Assembly (NCBI GenBank): GCA_030631845.1
Contig: DAOVKJ010000002.1
Span: forward strand, 1 to 55,405
Direction: 5' to 3'
DNA length: 55,405 bases
Source: Bacteroidota bacterium
Lineage (GTDB): Bacteria; Bacteroidota; Bacteroidia; Bacteroidales; GCA-2748055
Positions within the stretch are counted from its first letter, which is position 1. Every line of letters starts with the position of its first letter. The position numbers and the translations under genes were made by a program. The notes below the pieces were generated by a model. That model was not told where the DNA came from and made no database searches. It saw only the letters and a program-made list of their open reading frames with translations. Positions 1 through 9,938 of the stretch are shown piece after piece.

Positions 1-561
1 AGGCCATTGGCCGCTCCGGCCGCTGAGGGCAAGAAAACCAAGGAGATCTCCAGGGGCCATAAGATCCTCATCTCAAAAGGCGGACTTATCACGCTTACCG
101 GCGGGAAATGGACCACCTACCGAAAGATGGCAGAGGATGTGGTAGACTCGGCTGCAAAACGGGCAGACCTGCCGGTTCGGGAGTCGGTAACCCCCACTCT
201 GAAGATACATGGCTATAAGGAGGGAGTTGACCAATCCGATCCGCTCTACTGGTATGGAAGTGATCGAGAGCAGATTGACAAATTGATTGGTGAAGATCCT
301 GAAATGGGTGCTGTCATAAGTGACCGGGTACAATTGATCAAGGCCCAGGTGGTATGGGCAGTGAGGGGGGAGATGGCCCGTACCCTGGAAGATTGCCTGG
401 CACGCCGTATCAGAGTGCTTCAGCTGGATGCTAAGGAATCTGTTCGAATTGCATCTGAAGTGGCTGCCATCATGGCCTCAGAACTGGGAAAAGATCAGCG
501 TTGGGAGACCGGCCAGGTGGAGACATTCACACAGCTGGCAACCATTCATATGCTTCATTAA
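1..561 (+). CDS. glpD: FAD-dependent glycerol-3-phosphate dehydrogenase, C-terminal part (5' end lies outside the window)
   Basis: The frame is open from base 1. 'LTGGKWTTYRKMAEDVVD' and the helical C-terminal domain are typical of GlpD/GlpA-type dehydrogenases. It is followed directly by glpK and glpF. Confidence 0.8.
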   Translation, partial: RPLAAPAAEGKKTKEISRGHKILISKGGLITLTGGKWTTYRKMAEDVVDSAAKRADLPVRESVTPTLKIHGYKEGVDQSDPLYWYGSDREQIDKLIGEDPEMGAVISDRVQLIKAQVVWAVRGEMARTLEDCLARRIRVLQLDAKESVRIASEVAAIMASELGKDQRWETGQVETFTQLATIHMLH

Positions 562-589
562 ACATTAACTAACCAATAACACGAACGTC

Positions 590-2101
590 GTGAGCAATTT
601 GACCAATAAATTCGTCCTTTCCCTGGATCAGGGTACCACCAGTTCCAGGGCCATTGTTTTTGACCATTCCGGAAAAATGGTAGGGGTGGCCCAGAAGGAG
701 TTCAGACAGATTTTTCCACAACCCGGATGGGTGGAGCACGATCCCATTGATATCTGGAATTCTCAGAACCGGGTAATGCACGATGCCTTGCGGAACGCAG
801 GCATTGGTGCCGGTGATCTGGCAGCCATCGGGATCACCAATCAGCGGGAGACCGCCCTGATCTGGGACCGGGAGAGCGGAAAGCCCATCTGCAATGCCAT
901 CGTGTGGCAGGACCGGAGAACCTCTGAGTTTTGCGATGAGTTGAAGGCAAAGGGCCATAAGGAGATGATCCAGGAGAAGACCGGACTGGTGATCGATGCC
1001 TATTTTTCTGCCACCAAATGGAGGTGGATGCTGGAGCATACACCCGGAGCAAAAGAGATGGCAACAGAGGGCAGGCTGGCACTGGGTACTGTCGATTCAT
1101 GGTTGATCTGGAATCTTACAGGGGGGACGGTGCACGTGACCGATGTCACCAATGCCAGTCGAACCATGTTGTTTAATATCAAAACATTGAAGTGGGATGA
1201 GGAGCTGCTGGAGCTCTTTGGAATACCTGAAAGCATGCTTCCCGAAGTAAAATCTTCATCGGAGGTATATGGAGAGACCACCAGGGGGATCCTCTCGGTA
1301 CCCGTTCCCATTGCAGGAATTGCCGGGGATCAACAGGCGGCCACCTTCGGACAGATGTGTCTCTCGCCGGGATCGGTCAAGTGCACCTATGGAACCGGTT
1401 GTTTTATCCTCTGCAATACGGGGGAGGAGCCTGTTACCTCTGGGAGCAATCTGGTGACCACCATTGCATGGCAGCTGGATGGTAAGACCACCTATGCCCT
1501 GGAGGGAAGTATCTTTATAGGAGGTGCAGTGATCCAGTGGTTGAGGGATGGATTGGGTCTTATAAAGAATTCGGCAGATGTGGAGCAGCTTGCCGAATCG
1601 GTGAAGGATAATGGCGGGGTCTATTTTGTGCCTGCCTTTACCGGGTTGGGAGCCCCTCACTGGGATCAGTATGCCCGGGGAATGATTGCCGGGCTTACCC
1701 GCGGTGTTACCGCGGGCCATATCGCCCGGGCTGCACTGGAGAGCATCGCTTTCCAGGTAAATGATGTGATGGAGGCCATGGAGAGTGATGCCGGAATTAA
1801 GATCGGCGAACTGAAGGTGGATGGTGGTGCGGTGGTCAACGACCTGTTGATGCAGTTCCAGGCCGACCTGATTGGAATCCCGGTGATCCGCCCCGAGAAC
1901 ATCGAAACCACGGCTCTGGGTGCTGCCTACCTGGCCGGACTGGCCACAGGGTTCTGGGGATCGGTGGAGGAGATTGGGGAGCAGTGGGCCATGGACCGTA
2001 ACTTCTCAAGCCAGATCTCCCAGGAGAAGCGTCAAGCACTGAAAAAGGAGTGGGAAAAGGCAGTCTCAAGGAGCCGCTCCTGGCAGGACCCCGTCTCATA
2101 A
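590..2101 (+). CDS. glpK: glycerol kinase
   Basis: 503 aa with a GTG start. It has the N-terminal '[11 protein letters not shown]' FGGY kinase motif and reads as GlpK along its full length ('WQDRRT', 'GDQQAA', 'VDGGA'). Confidence 0.97.
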   Translation: MSNLTNKFVLSLDQGTTSSRAIVFDHSGKMVGVAQKEFRQIFPQPGWVEHDPIDIWNSQNRVMHDALRNAGIGAGDLAAIGITNQRETALIWDRESGKPICNAIVWQDRRTSEFCDELKAKGHKEMIQEKTGLVIDAYFSATKWRWMLEHTPGAKEMATEGRLALGTVDSWLIWNLTGGTVHVTDVTNASRTMLFNIKTLKWDEELLELFGIPESMLPEVKSSSEVYGETTRGILSVPVPIAGIAGDQQAATFGQMCLSPGSVKCTYGTGCFILCNTGEEPVTSGSNLVTTIAWQLDGKTTYALEGSIFIGGAVIQWLRDGLGLIKNSADVEQLAESVKDNGGVYFVPAFTGLGAPHWDQYARGMIAGLTRGVTAGHIARAALESIAFQVNDVMEAMESDAGIKIGELKVDGGAVVNDLLMQFQADLIGIPVIRPENIETTALGAAYLAGLATGFWGSVEEIGEQWAMDRNFSSQISQEKRQALKKEWEKAVSRSRSWQDPVS

Positions 2102-2128
2102 TTTATTAACCATTAACCATTAACTTTT

Positions 2129-2881
2129 ATGTTGAACGAAATTATTGCAGAATTCATAGGCACATTTCTCCTGATACTACTGGGAAATGGTGTAGTGGCC
2201 AATGTGGTACTCAAGGACACCAAAGGTTTTGACAGTGGCTGGATCGTCATCTCACTGGGGTGGGGACTGGGCGTTTTTGTGGGTGTTACAGTGGCAGGTC
2301 CTGTATCCGGGGCACATATTAATCCAGCGGTTACACTTGGATTGGCGGCAGCAGGTAGTTTTGCCTGGAGCCAGGTGGTTCCGTTTATCCTGGCACAGAT
2401 GGCTGGAGCTGCCGTGGGTGCTTTAACAGTATGGCTCTTTTACCGCCACCATTTTAACCGTACAGAGGATCCCGGGGCACAACTGGCGTGTTTCTCCACC
2501 GCACCGGCTATTCGCAAACCGCTTAATAATATTTTCAGTGAGGTGATAGGCACCTTTGTGCTGATCTTTGTGATCCTCTATATTGCAGACCCCTCCATCG
2601 CCCTGGATAGTGGTGAAGAGGTGAAAATGGGTCTGGGTACCCTGGGTGCACTGCCCGTGGCACTGCTGGTAACAGCCATTGGCCTTTCACTGGGAGGGAC
2701 CACCGGTTATGCCATCAATCCGGCCAGGGACCTGGGTCCCAGGATGATGCATGCAATTTTGCCCATGAACCATAAAGGGGGAAGCGACTGGGGTTATGCA
2801 TGGATACCGGTGGCCGGACCTTTTGTTGGAGCTCTGATTGCCGCAGCCTTTTTTCTGCTTCAGGGCGTCCTGGTGGGTTGA
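2129..2881 (+). CDS. glpF: glycerol uptake facilitator (MIP/aquaglyceroporin)
   Basis: 250 aa with six hydrophobic segments and two NPA boxes ('HINPAVT', 'AINPARD'). It sits 27 nt after glpK. Confidence 0.93.
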   Translation: MLNEIIAEFIGTFLLILLGNGVVANVVLKDTKGFDSGWIVISLGWGLGVFVGVTVAGPVSGAHINPAVTLGLAAAGSFAWSQVVPFILAQMAGAAVGALTVWLFYRHHFNRTEDPGAQLACFSTAPAIRKPLNNIFSEVIGTFVLIFVILYIADPSIALDSGEEVKMGLGTLGALPVALLVTAIGLSLGGTTGYAINPARDLGPRMMHAILPMNHKGGSDWGYAWIPVAGPFVGALIAAAFFLLQGVLVG

Positions 2882-2884
2882 CCC

Positions 2885-5263
2885 CTATTCGTACCGAAGG
2901 GCATGTACCGGATTGGTCCGTGCTGTACGAAAGGCGTGGTACATGACTGTCAGGATCGCTACAGTGGCGGTGATCAGCGCGGTGATCAGGAAGAGTCCGG
3001 CTCCCAGATCGATACGGAACGAAAACTCCTTGAGCCACCAGTTGGCGATAAACCATACAGCGGGGAGCGCGATCACCAGCGATATCAGAATATAGAGGGA
3101 GAAATCGCGGATCATCATCACGGTGATCTGCTCCTCCGTGGCCCCCATGGACTTCCGGATTCCGATCTCTTTGATTCTGCGCTGGGCAGTAAAAGAGGCC
3201 AGGGCAAAGAGGCCCAGTGAGGCAATGACCATGGCCACTACCATGAAAATTTTTAAAAGGGAAGCCATCCGCTCCTCAGTGCGATACATGCTATCGATCA
3301 CATCCTCCACATAGGTATATTCAAAGGGGTACTGAGGGAGCAGTTCGTTCCACTTCTCCTCCATAAACAGGAGTGCCTGTTGCGGCTCTTCCGGTGCCAG
3401 CCTGACCACCATATGTTGTAGCATTTCAGAGGGAAACGGAGCCAGTGCCATGGGTTCTATCTCATCGCCAACCGGCTTAAAATGAAAATCTTCCATTACT
3501 CCAACCACCTGTCCATGAACCCCCATGAAGACCAGTTCCATCCCAACAATTTCCTCTTTCCCGATGAGCCCTGCCAGTGTGCTGTTGATGATCCAGTTGG
3601 CAAGTGTATCATTGTGATACATATCGCCAGGGTAGGCATCAGAGAAATCACGGCCCGATTGAAGGGTGATGTCCATGGTTTCTGTGAAATTGTGGTGAAC
3701 ACCGGTAAAGGAGACCAGCACATCCTGTTCGGGATCTTTCCCATCCCAGTTAATACCACTGGAGTTGGATCCAATGCGGTATGGTGGCTGCATGGAGGCA
3801 GTGGCACTCAATACACCGGGATTTGTTTGAAAGCTCTCTTTCAGCATTTCATACTCCTGGCTCAGGTTTCCCCGAAGTGCAATATGGACCAGGTTGAATT
3901 TGTTGTAACCCAGGTCGGCACTTCGCATATAGGTCAGCTGCCTGGAGGCCACCATGGCCCCTGTTATCAGGATCACTGCCAGGGTAAACTGGAACACCAC
4001 CAGGATTCTCCTGAGCAGTCCGCTGCCGGTTCTCTGGTCGGTCTGTTCCCTGATGGCCCTGACCGGTTTCAGTGCGGAGAGATAGAGTGCAGGATAGCTG
4101 CCTGCCAGCAGCGTGGTGACGATCAGTACGCCAACGATACCAAAGAGGTACCGCAGTGAGATAAGTCCGCCGGCCTCGATCTCTTTCCCCGATATCTGGT
4201 TGAACTTATTAAGCAACAACAGCACCAGCAGCAGTGCCACAACCACCGAAATCAGGGTCTGAATAAACGATTCCGAAAGGTATTGTCTTACCAGATGTCC
4301 CCTCGATGCCCCGTTCACTTTCCGAAGCCCGATCTCTTTGGCACGAATGGACGACCTGGCTGTAGAGAGGTTCATAAAGTTGATGCAGGCGATCAGCAGC
4401 ACAAAAAGGGCGATGGCGGAGAAGATATAGACATAGAGGATGGCCCCTGGCGAACGGCCAAAGCCGAAGTAGGAGTGAAGGTGGATTCCGGAAAAGGACG
4501 CCACTGAATAATCGATGGTATTATCCTCCTTGTAGATGTTGGTTACCTCCGTGATTTTCCTGTTCACCACTGTATCGACAGCTCCCTCCTGTAGCTTCAC
4601 AAAGGTCAGTATGGAGTTTGTTCCCCACGAATCGGTGTAGCGCTCCTGTGACTCTATATAGCTCCATGGGAACAGCACATTGAGATCGAGGATGGTATTG
4701 GAAGGGGGATCGTAAATAACGCCTGAGATGGTAAAGGCCTGATCCTGGTTTACCTCTATAGCCTCACCCACCGGGTTCTTCTCACCGAAATAGCGGGTGG
4801 CCACCTCTTCGGTGATCACCATGGTATTGGGTTCACGCAGCACATCTTCTGCATTCCCGAATTTAAAACCGAAGGTGAACATCTCAAAGAAGGAGGAGTC
4901 GACCGAGAGTATTCCCTCTTCAAAGAACTTGTTCTCCCCATCTGTGAAGAGGAGTCCGCTCATCCAGGCAACCCTGCACTGCTCCTCAATTTCCGGCACC
5001 TCATCTTTCCAGACCGGTCCCGATACATAGGGAGTCACATTCACATGATAGGGCTCCTCACCCGAGTAGTACTGGTCCTGCTCCACGCGGTAGAGCTGTT
5101 CAAAGTCGGTATGAAACCGGTCATAACTCAGTTCGTGCTGTACCCAGAGCAGCATAAAGAGTGCACAGGTGAGGCTGATTGATAATCCCGCAATATTGAT
5201 AATGGTGATTCTTCGTTCTTTAAACAGGATCCGGAGTGCCTGTTTGAGGTTGTTGAGGCTCAT
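2885..5263 (-). CDS. ABC transporter permease, FtsX/MacB-like with two FtsX modules
   Basis: 792 aa. It has an N-terminal TM helix, a large periplasmic domain and a 3-TM FtsX block, and this arrangement is then repeated. The architecture is typical of Bacteroidota MacB-like permeases. No cognate ATPase is adjacent. Confidence 0.85.
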   Translation of the reverse strand: MSLNNLKQALRILFKERRITIINIAGLSISLTCALFMLLWVQHELSYDRFHTDFEQLYRVEQDQYYSGEEPYHVNVTPYVSGPVWKDEVPEIEEQCRVAWMSGLLFTDGENKFFEEGILSVDSSFFEMFTFGFKFGNAEDVLREPNTMVITEEVATRYFGEKNPVGEAIEVNQDQAFTISGVIYDPPSNTILDLNVLFPWSYIESQERYTDSWGTNSILTFVKLQEGAVDTVVNRKITEVTNIYKEDNTIDYSVASFSGIHLHSYFGFGRSPGAILYVYIFSAIALFVLLIACINFMNLSTARSSIRAKEIGLRKVNGASRGHLVRQYLSESFIQTLISVVVALLLVLLLLNKFNQISGKEIEAGGLISLRYLFGIVGVLIVTTLLAGSYPALYLSALKPVRAIREQTDQRTGSGLLRRILVVFQFTLAVILITGAMVASRQLTYMRSADLGYNKFNLVHIALRGNLSQEYEMLKESFQTNPGVLSATASMQPPYRIGSNSSGINWDGKDPEQDVLVSFTGVHHNFTETMDITLQSGRDFSDAYPGDMYHNDTLANWIINSTLAGLIGKEEIVGMELVFMGVHGQVVGVMEDFHFKPVGDEIEPMALAPFPSEMLQHMVVRLAPEEPQQALLFMEEKWNELLPQYPFEYTYVEDVIDSMYRTEERMASLLKIFMVVAMVIASLGLFALASFTAQRRIKEIGIRKSMGATEEQITVMMIRDFSLYILISLVIALPAVWFIANWWLKEFSFRIDLGAGLFLITALITATVAILTVMYHAFRTARTNPVHALRYE

Positions 5264-5322
5264 AAGGAGTTAGTTTTTTAAAAAGACGAGCCAACTTTCC
5301 CGTTATTACAACTGCAAAACAT

Positions 5323-5330
5323 TAAATTTG
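5323..5330 (+). promoter_or_regulatory. candidate Bacteroidota -7 promoter box (TAAATTTG) for glyA
   Basis: Exact match to TAnnTTTG, ending 28 nt upstream of the glyA ATG in a 95-nt AT-rich divergent intergenic region. Confidence 0.4.
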
Positions 5331-5358
5331 GAAATATTTTTCAAAAACATCTACCACC

Positions 5359-6636
5359 ATGAAGAGAGATATCGATCTGTTTGAACTTATTGAGCATGAA
5401 CAGCAGCGCCAGAAAAGGGGCATTGAGCTGATTGCATCAGAAAATTTTGTCAGCACCCAGGTGATGGAGGCCATGGGTTCCTGTCTCACCAACAAATATG
5501 CCGAAGGCTACTCGGGACACCGTTATTACGGGGGGTGCGAGGTGATTGACAAGGTGGAGGATCTGGCCATTGAGAGGCTCTGTCAGCTCTATGGTGCCGA
5601 GTTTGCCAATGTGCAGCCGCATTCCGGGGCGCAGGCCAATATGGCTGTGTTCCTGACAGTGCTGGAACCGGGCGATACTTTTATGGGCCTCGACCTTTCG
5701 CATGGAGGTCACCTTTCGCATGGCTCTCCGGTCAACAGCTCTGGGATCCTGTACAGGGCGGTATCGTACGGACTGGATGAGAAGACAGGGCAGATCGATT
5801 ATGACGCCATGGAGGCAGTGGCTAAAAAGGAGCGGCCCAAAATGATCGTGGGCGGGGCCTCGGCCTATTCACGTGAATGGGACTATAAAAGAATGAGGGA
5901 GATTGCTGACGAGATTGGTGCCATATTGATGATCGATATGGCGCATCCGGCGGGATTGATTGCGGCCGGATTGCTCGATAACCCGCTGCCTTATGCACAT
6001 ATTGTAACCTCCACCACCCACAAAACACTTCGTGGGCCACGGGGAGGAATTATTCTGATCGGTAAAGATTTTGAGAACCCATGGGGCAGGGCCACAAAAA
6101 AGGGTACGATCCGCAAAATGTCGTCGCTGATCAACTCGGCAGTCTTCCCGGGAATCCAGGGCGGACCCCTGGAGCATATTATTGCTGCCAAGGCAGTGGC
6201 TTTTGGGGAGGCTCTTACCGACGAATTCAAATCCTACCAGGTCCAGGTGAAGAAGAATGCCACGGTAATGGCCGATGCCTTTATCCAGAAGGGATACAAG
6301 GTGGTCTCCGATGGAACCGATAACCACTCCATGCTGATCGACCTGCGGACCAGGGTAGAGGATATTACCGGGAAATTGGTGGAGAAGAACCTGGAGGAAG
6401 CCGATATCACGGTTAACAAAAACATGGTTCCCTTCGACTCCAGGTCGCCTTTCCAGACCAGCGGCATCAGGGTGGGAACGCCGGCCATTACCACTCGGGG
6501 GGTGAAGGAGGAGCTGATCCCCGGAATTGTGGAGCTGATGGACAGGGTTATTATGAACATTGATGATAAACTGTTGATTGAGAAGACGCGCAGGGAGGTG
6601 AATGAGATGATGGCCGATTACCCCATGTTTGCCTGA
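5359..6636 (+). CDS. glyA: serine hydroxymethyltransferase
   Basis: 425 aa. 'ELIASENF' and the PLP-lysine region '[14 protein letters not shown]' are diagnostic for SHMT. Confidence 0.97.
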   Translation: MKRDIDLFELIEHEQQRQKRGIELIASENFVSTQVMEAMGSCLTNKYAEGYSGHRYYGGCEVIDKVEDLAIERLCQLYGAEFANVQPHSGAQANMAVFLTVLEPGDTFMGLDLSHGGHLSHGSPVNSSGILYRAVSYGLDEKTGQIDYDAMEAVAKKERPKMIVGGASAYSREWDYKRMREIADEIGAILMIDMAHPAGLIAAGLLDNPLPYAHIVTSTTHKTLRGPRGGIILIGKDFENPWGRATKKGTIRKMSSLINSAVFPGIQGGPLEHIIAAKAVAFGEALTDEFKSYQVQVKKNATVMADAFIQKGYKVVSDGTDNHSMLIDLRTRVEDITGKLVEKNLEEADITVNKNMVPFDSRSPFQTSGIRVGTPAITTRGVKEELIPGIVELMDRVIMNIDDKLLIEKTRREVNEMMADYPMFA

Positions 6637-6646
6637 TACCATCTGC

Positions 6647-7408
6647 ATGGAGTGGTACACCTATATCATTGTAATAGCCATTGGGATCGTTGCCGGTATC
6701 ATCAATACACTGGCTGCCGGCGGCTCCCTTCTGACCCTTCCGCTGTTGATGGCACTGGGACTTCCTCCCAATATGGCTAACGGGACCAACCGCATTGCCA
6801 TTTTTCTTCAGAATGTAGTGGGAGTGAGCCGGTTTCACAAAGAGAAGGTGATGGACTTTCCCTCCGGCTTCAGGGTGGGAATCCCTGCTCTCCTGGGTGC
6901 CATTGCTGGTGCCTTTATTGCTGTTAACCTGAATGATGAGGTGATGAAACTGGCCATTGCCGGGGTGATGATCGTGGTCTTTTTCCTGATGTTATTAAAT
7001 CCCAACCGCTGGATTAACAGTCACGAATTGCATCCCCCCATTCCAAACCGGGTCCAGGTGGTTATATTCTTTTTCGTGGGTATCTATGGTGGATTTATCC
7101 AGGCAGGTGTCGGGTTTTTCCTGCTTACCAGCCTGGTGCTGGCAAGTGGGTTTGAACTGTTGAAGGCCAATGCCCTGAAAATCTTCGTGATCCTGCTCTA
7201 CACCCCCCTGGCCCTGGTGATCTTTTTCCTGCATGGGGATGTGGATCTCTGGATGGGTCTGGTACTGGCCGTAGGGAACATGATTGGTGCCGTAATCGGT
7301 ACAAAAATAGCAGTGAAACGTGGAGCTGTATTTATCAGATATGTTGTGCTGGGGGCCATCCTTGTTGCAGCCACCAAATTGATTCTGGATGCTTTTAAGG
7401 TACTATGA
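6647..7408 (+). CDS. TauE/SafE family sulfite/anion exporter
   Basis: A multi-TM protein of about 250 aa with the glycine-rich repeated halves typical of TauE/SafE (DUF81). I prefer the ATG at 6647 over the alternative start at 6629, which overlaps glyA. Confidence 0.8.
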   Translation: MEWYTYIIVIAIGIVAGIINTLAAGGSLLTLPLLMALGLPPNMANGTNRIAIFLQNVVGVSRFHKEKVMDFPSGFRVGIPALLGAIAGAFIAVNLNDEVMKLAIAGVMIVVFFLMLLNPNRWINSHELHPPIPNRVQVVIFFFVGIYGGFIQAGVGFFLLTSLVLASGFELLKANALKIFVILLYTPLALVIFFLHGDVDLWMGLVLAVGNMIGAVIGTKIAVKRGAVFIRYVVLGAILVAATKLILDAFKVL

Positions 7409-8333
7409 TGTACCTGATCCAGCCGGTTTGCCGGTAGTTGGCGGTCTGATCCATTGAGAATTTACTCTTCTTGGCAGCTTCCACCACCATGTCCCAGATA
7501 CACTTATTCTGGTAGGTGGCACTGGTCACGATGGCACTGACCACATTTCCGTTACGGTCCACCTGGACCTCCACCTTTACTTCAATCTTCTGGGTTACAT
7601 CGCAGTCCAACATATTGGGTTTGGGAAGATTCCCCTTGGCCCGCCTGGAACCGAGTCCCCCGAAAGAGATACCATCACCCAGTCCGCCCCCGGTATCGTA
7701 CCGGTCGGCATCCGGACTCCCGTTGGGATCGCCCTGGTTTCCGTTTCCCTCGGTGATTCCTTCCGAGCCTTCGGTTTCTCCCACACCCTGATTTCCGAAG
7801 GCATCCCTGCCCAGGTTGTTCAGTCTCTCAGCTTGCTGTTGCCGTTCACGCTCAATGCGCTCCTGCTCTTCACGACGCTCACGTTCCACACGCTCCTGTT
7901 CGATGCGTTGCCGTTCAAGCTCCTGCTTCCGCTGTCTCTCCAACTCTTGCTTCCGCTGTCTCTCCAGCTCTTCAGCAGTAGGTTTGGGTTTCTCTATTAC
8001 CTTGGTTTCCTCCACATCCTGGGTCTGGTCCACCTGCACCGGATCGGGTGGGGTATAAGCTTCTCTTGTCTCCTCCACCGGTTCCACATACTCTTCTACT
8101 TCCTCTATGGGTTCCTGACTCTGGGTGACCTCCATTTCAGGATCACCTGCCTGCTGATCGTCTCCCATGGGCTCATAATCGCCAAATCCGGTTTCGTCGG
8201 TGCCGAAATTGACCAGGATGCCCTCCTCCTCGGGTGGTGGATCGGGAAAAGTGAGTCCGGCAAACACCAGCAGCAAAAGCAGCAGTGCATGGTAGACAAT
8301 GGTTGCTATGAGGCCTCTTCTGTTGAGCTTCAT
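7395..8333 (-). CDS. tonB: TonB-like energy transducer
   Basis: It has an N-terminal anchor 'LIATIVYHALLLLLLVFAGL', an acidic/Pro region, an E/R/Q-rich repeat spacer and a C-terminal TonB-type domain. It follows exbB-exbD-exbD. The ATG at 8333 is preferred, because the longer ORF starting at 8372 overlaps exbD. Confidence 0.75.
   Translation of the reverse strand: MKLNRRGLIATIVYHALLLLLLVFAGLTFPDPPPEEEGILVNFGTDETGFGDYEPMGDDQQAGDPEMEVTQSQEPIEEVEEYVEPVEETREAYTPPDPVQVDQTQDVEETKVIEKPKPTAEELERQRKQELERQRKQELERQRIEQERVERERREEQERIERERQQQAERLNNLGRDAFGNQGVGETEGSEGITEGNGNQGDPNGSPDADRYDTGGGLGDGISFGGLGSRRAKGNLPKPNMLDCDVTQKIEVKVEVQVDRNGNVVSAIVTSATYQNKCIWDMVVEAAKKSKFSMDQTANYRQTGWIRYIIVP
7921..7968. repeat. 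24-nt tandem repeat x2 inside tonB (encodes RKQELERQ twice)
   Basis: Units 7921-7944 and 7945-7968 differ at 2 of 24 positions. They lie within a longer E/R/Q-rich coding stretch. Confidence 0.8.
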
Positions 8334-8349
8334 GGTACTTATATAACGA

Positions 8350-8748
8350 TCAGTCCGTCGGTCTTGTTCCAAGGATCACCTTGTACCGGTTTCGTTTGGC
8401 GATATGAAGGAAGGCAAATACCTCCTCCATATTGAGGTCCCGGTCTGCATTCAGGCGGACCGTTGGGGCCTCGCCGTAGCTTTCCAGTTTCTTTCTCATA
8501 ACACTCTCCAGTTCGGCCATGACGTATTCCTGGTCGTCCACATAGATTGTTTTATCCAGCCCGATGGAGACCACCAGTACCGGGTTGGCCTGGGTCTGGT
8601 TGTTGCTCTCGGGGAGCTGTACGTTTTGCGCTGCCGGTACAATCAGTGTGGAGGCGATCATAAAAAAGATCAGCAACAGGAATACAATGTCGGTCATGCC
8701 CGCCATGGCAAAGTTCTTATTGGTTTTATGTCTCGATTCTATGGCCAT
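8350..8748 (-). CDS. exbD: biopolymer transport protein ExbD/TolR
   Basis: 132 aa. 'MTDIVFLLLIFFM' is the TM helix with the conserved Asp, and the periplasmic domain is ExbD-like. Confidence 0.85.
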   Translation of the reverse strand: MAIESRHKTNKNFAMAGMTDIVFLLLIFFMIASTLIVPAAQNVQLPESNNQTQANPVLVVSIGLDKTIYVDDQEYVMAELESVMRKKLESYGEAPTVRLNADRDLNMEEVFAFLHIAKRNRYKVILGTRPTD

Positions 8749-9140
8749 TAGAGTTGTTTCAGCACCACTGTGTAATCTTTCTCTGCCGCCACATTCATGA
8801 TGGTTACAGCATCCCCAACAGAAACTGCCGGAGAAGTGACCACCTTAATGGTGGGGTCGGGCAGCCCCTGTAACTTTGATTCAAGGACCATGCCAAGGTC
8901 CTCCAGGGAGACGGTTCTCCCATCCACCGTGATACGACTCCCACTGTGGATGGTCACTGTGGGAATCCGTGATTCGCCCTGAATGGTCACCTGTCCACGA
9001 CTGGGAAGCAGCATCTTCAATGCATTGGGCGCAATCAGGGTGGAGGTAAGCATAAAAAAAATCAGCAACAGGAATACAATGTCGGTCATGCCCGACATGG
9101 CGAAGTTATCCAGTACCCTGTTCCTGGGTTTTAGTGCCAT
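8748..9140 (-). CDS. exbD: biopolymer transport protein ExbD/TolR (second paralog)
   Basis: 130 aa with the same 'MTDIVFLLLIFFM' anchor. It overlaps the downstream exbD by 1 nt. Confidence 0.85.
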   Translation of the reverse strand: MALKPRNRVLDNFAMSGMTDIVFLLLIFFMLTSTLIAPNALKMLLPSRGQVTIQGESRIPTVTIHSGSRITVDGRTVSLEDLGMVLESKLQGLPDPTIKVVTSPAVSVGDAVTIMNVAAEKDYTVVLKQL

Positions 9141-9145
9141 ATCTA

Positions 9146-9829
9146 CTATTTTGCGGGTTCGTTAAGCAGGTCGATAAACTCGGAAGTACCTGCTTCCATA
9201 TTGTTGATCACCTTATCGACCCTGGCCACCAGAGTGTTATATGCGAAATAGGCGATAATACCGACAGTCAGGCCAGCCACGGTGGTGATCAGTGCTGTAT
9301 AGATCCCGCCCGAGAGTTGTCCCACATTGATGTTGTTACCTGCAGTGGACATCTGGTGAAATGCCTGTACCATACCGATCACTGTTCCCAGGAAACCGAT
9401 CATGGGCGCACCTCCGGCCACTGTTGCCAGTGTAGGTAGTCCTTTCTCCAGTTTATAGATCTCCAGGCGACCCACATTCTCGATGGCTGCGTTGACATCG
9501 TTGAGCGGACGACCGATGCGGCTGATCCCTTTATCGATCATGCTTGCCACCGGGTTATCAGTCGACTGGCAGAGTGTATGGGCCGAATCGACCTTGCCGT
9601 CAATGATGTAGTCTTTGATACGGTTCATAAAGTTCTGGTCCACTCTGGCCGCTTTCTTAATGGCAAACCAGCGCTCAAAAAAGATATATACTGCGATAAA
9701 GCTCAGGATGACAATGGGGAGCATAACCCAGCCGCCCTTGAGGGCAATATCGATAAAAGATTCTGTGGAGGTTCCCTGTATACTACTGGTATCCAGATTG
9801 GTAACCTGAAGAATAATCAAGTGTTTCAT
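9146..9829 (-). CDS. exbB: MotA/TolQ/ExbB proton-channel protein
   Basis: 227 aa with three TM segments and a conserved C-terminal 'GGAPMIGFLGTVIGM...ALITTVAGL' channel region. Confidence 0.9.
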   Translation of the reverse strand: MKHLIILQVTNLDTSSIQGTSTESFIDIALKGGWVMLPIVILSFIAVYIFFERWFAIKKAARVDQNFMNRIKDYIIDGKVDSAHTLCQSTDNPVASMIDKGISRIGRPLNDVNAAIENVGRLEIYKLEKGLPTLATVAGGAPMIGFLGTVIGMVQAFHQMSTAGNNINVGQLSGGIYTALITTVAGLTVGIIAYFAYNTLVARVDKVINNMEAGTSEFIDLLNEPAK

Positions 9830-9854
9830 GCGTGTTGAATTTCCGTCGAATATA

Positions 9855-9895
9855 TGAAATAAAACGGGATATACTTCGATGTAGTATATCCCGTT
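9855..9895 (-). terminator. candidate intrinsic terminator after the nhaD-like gene
   Basis: A 12-13 bp perfect stem (9863-9874 pairs with 9884-9895) is followed on the minus strand by a T-rich run (TTATTTC). It lies 44 nt past the nhaD-like stop. Confidence 0.45.
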
Positions 9896-9938
9896 ATCAA
9901 AGATTTACCTCTTTTATTAACAGCTTCTCTTTACCGGA

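Noticed and set aside
5359-6636. glyA (SHMT) as part of the hydrogenase-maturation gene set
   Set aside because: SHMT has been linked to dithiomethylamine ligand biosynthesis. Here, however, glyA is 27-40 kb from the hyd genes, in an unrelated housekeeping context, so proximity gives no support.
5869-6660. 263-aa ORF antisense to glyA
   Set aside because: It lies entirely inside a gene with an unmistakable SHMT translation. Its own product is low-complexity (H/G/P/R-rich) with no motif, so it is a typical shadow ORF.
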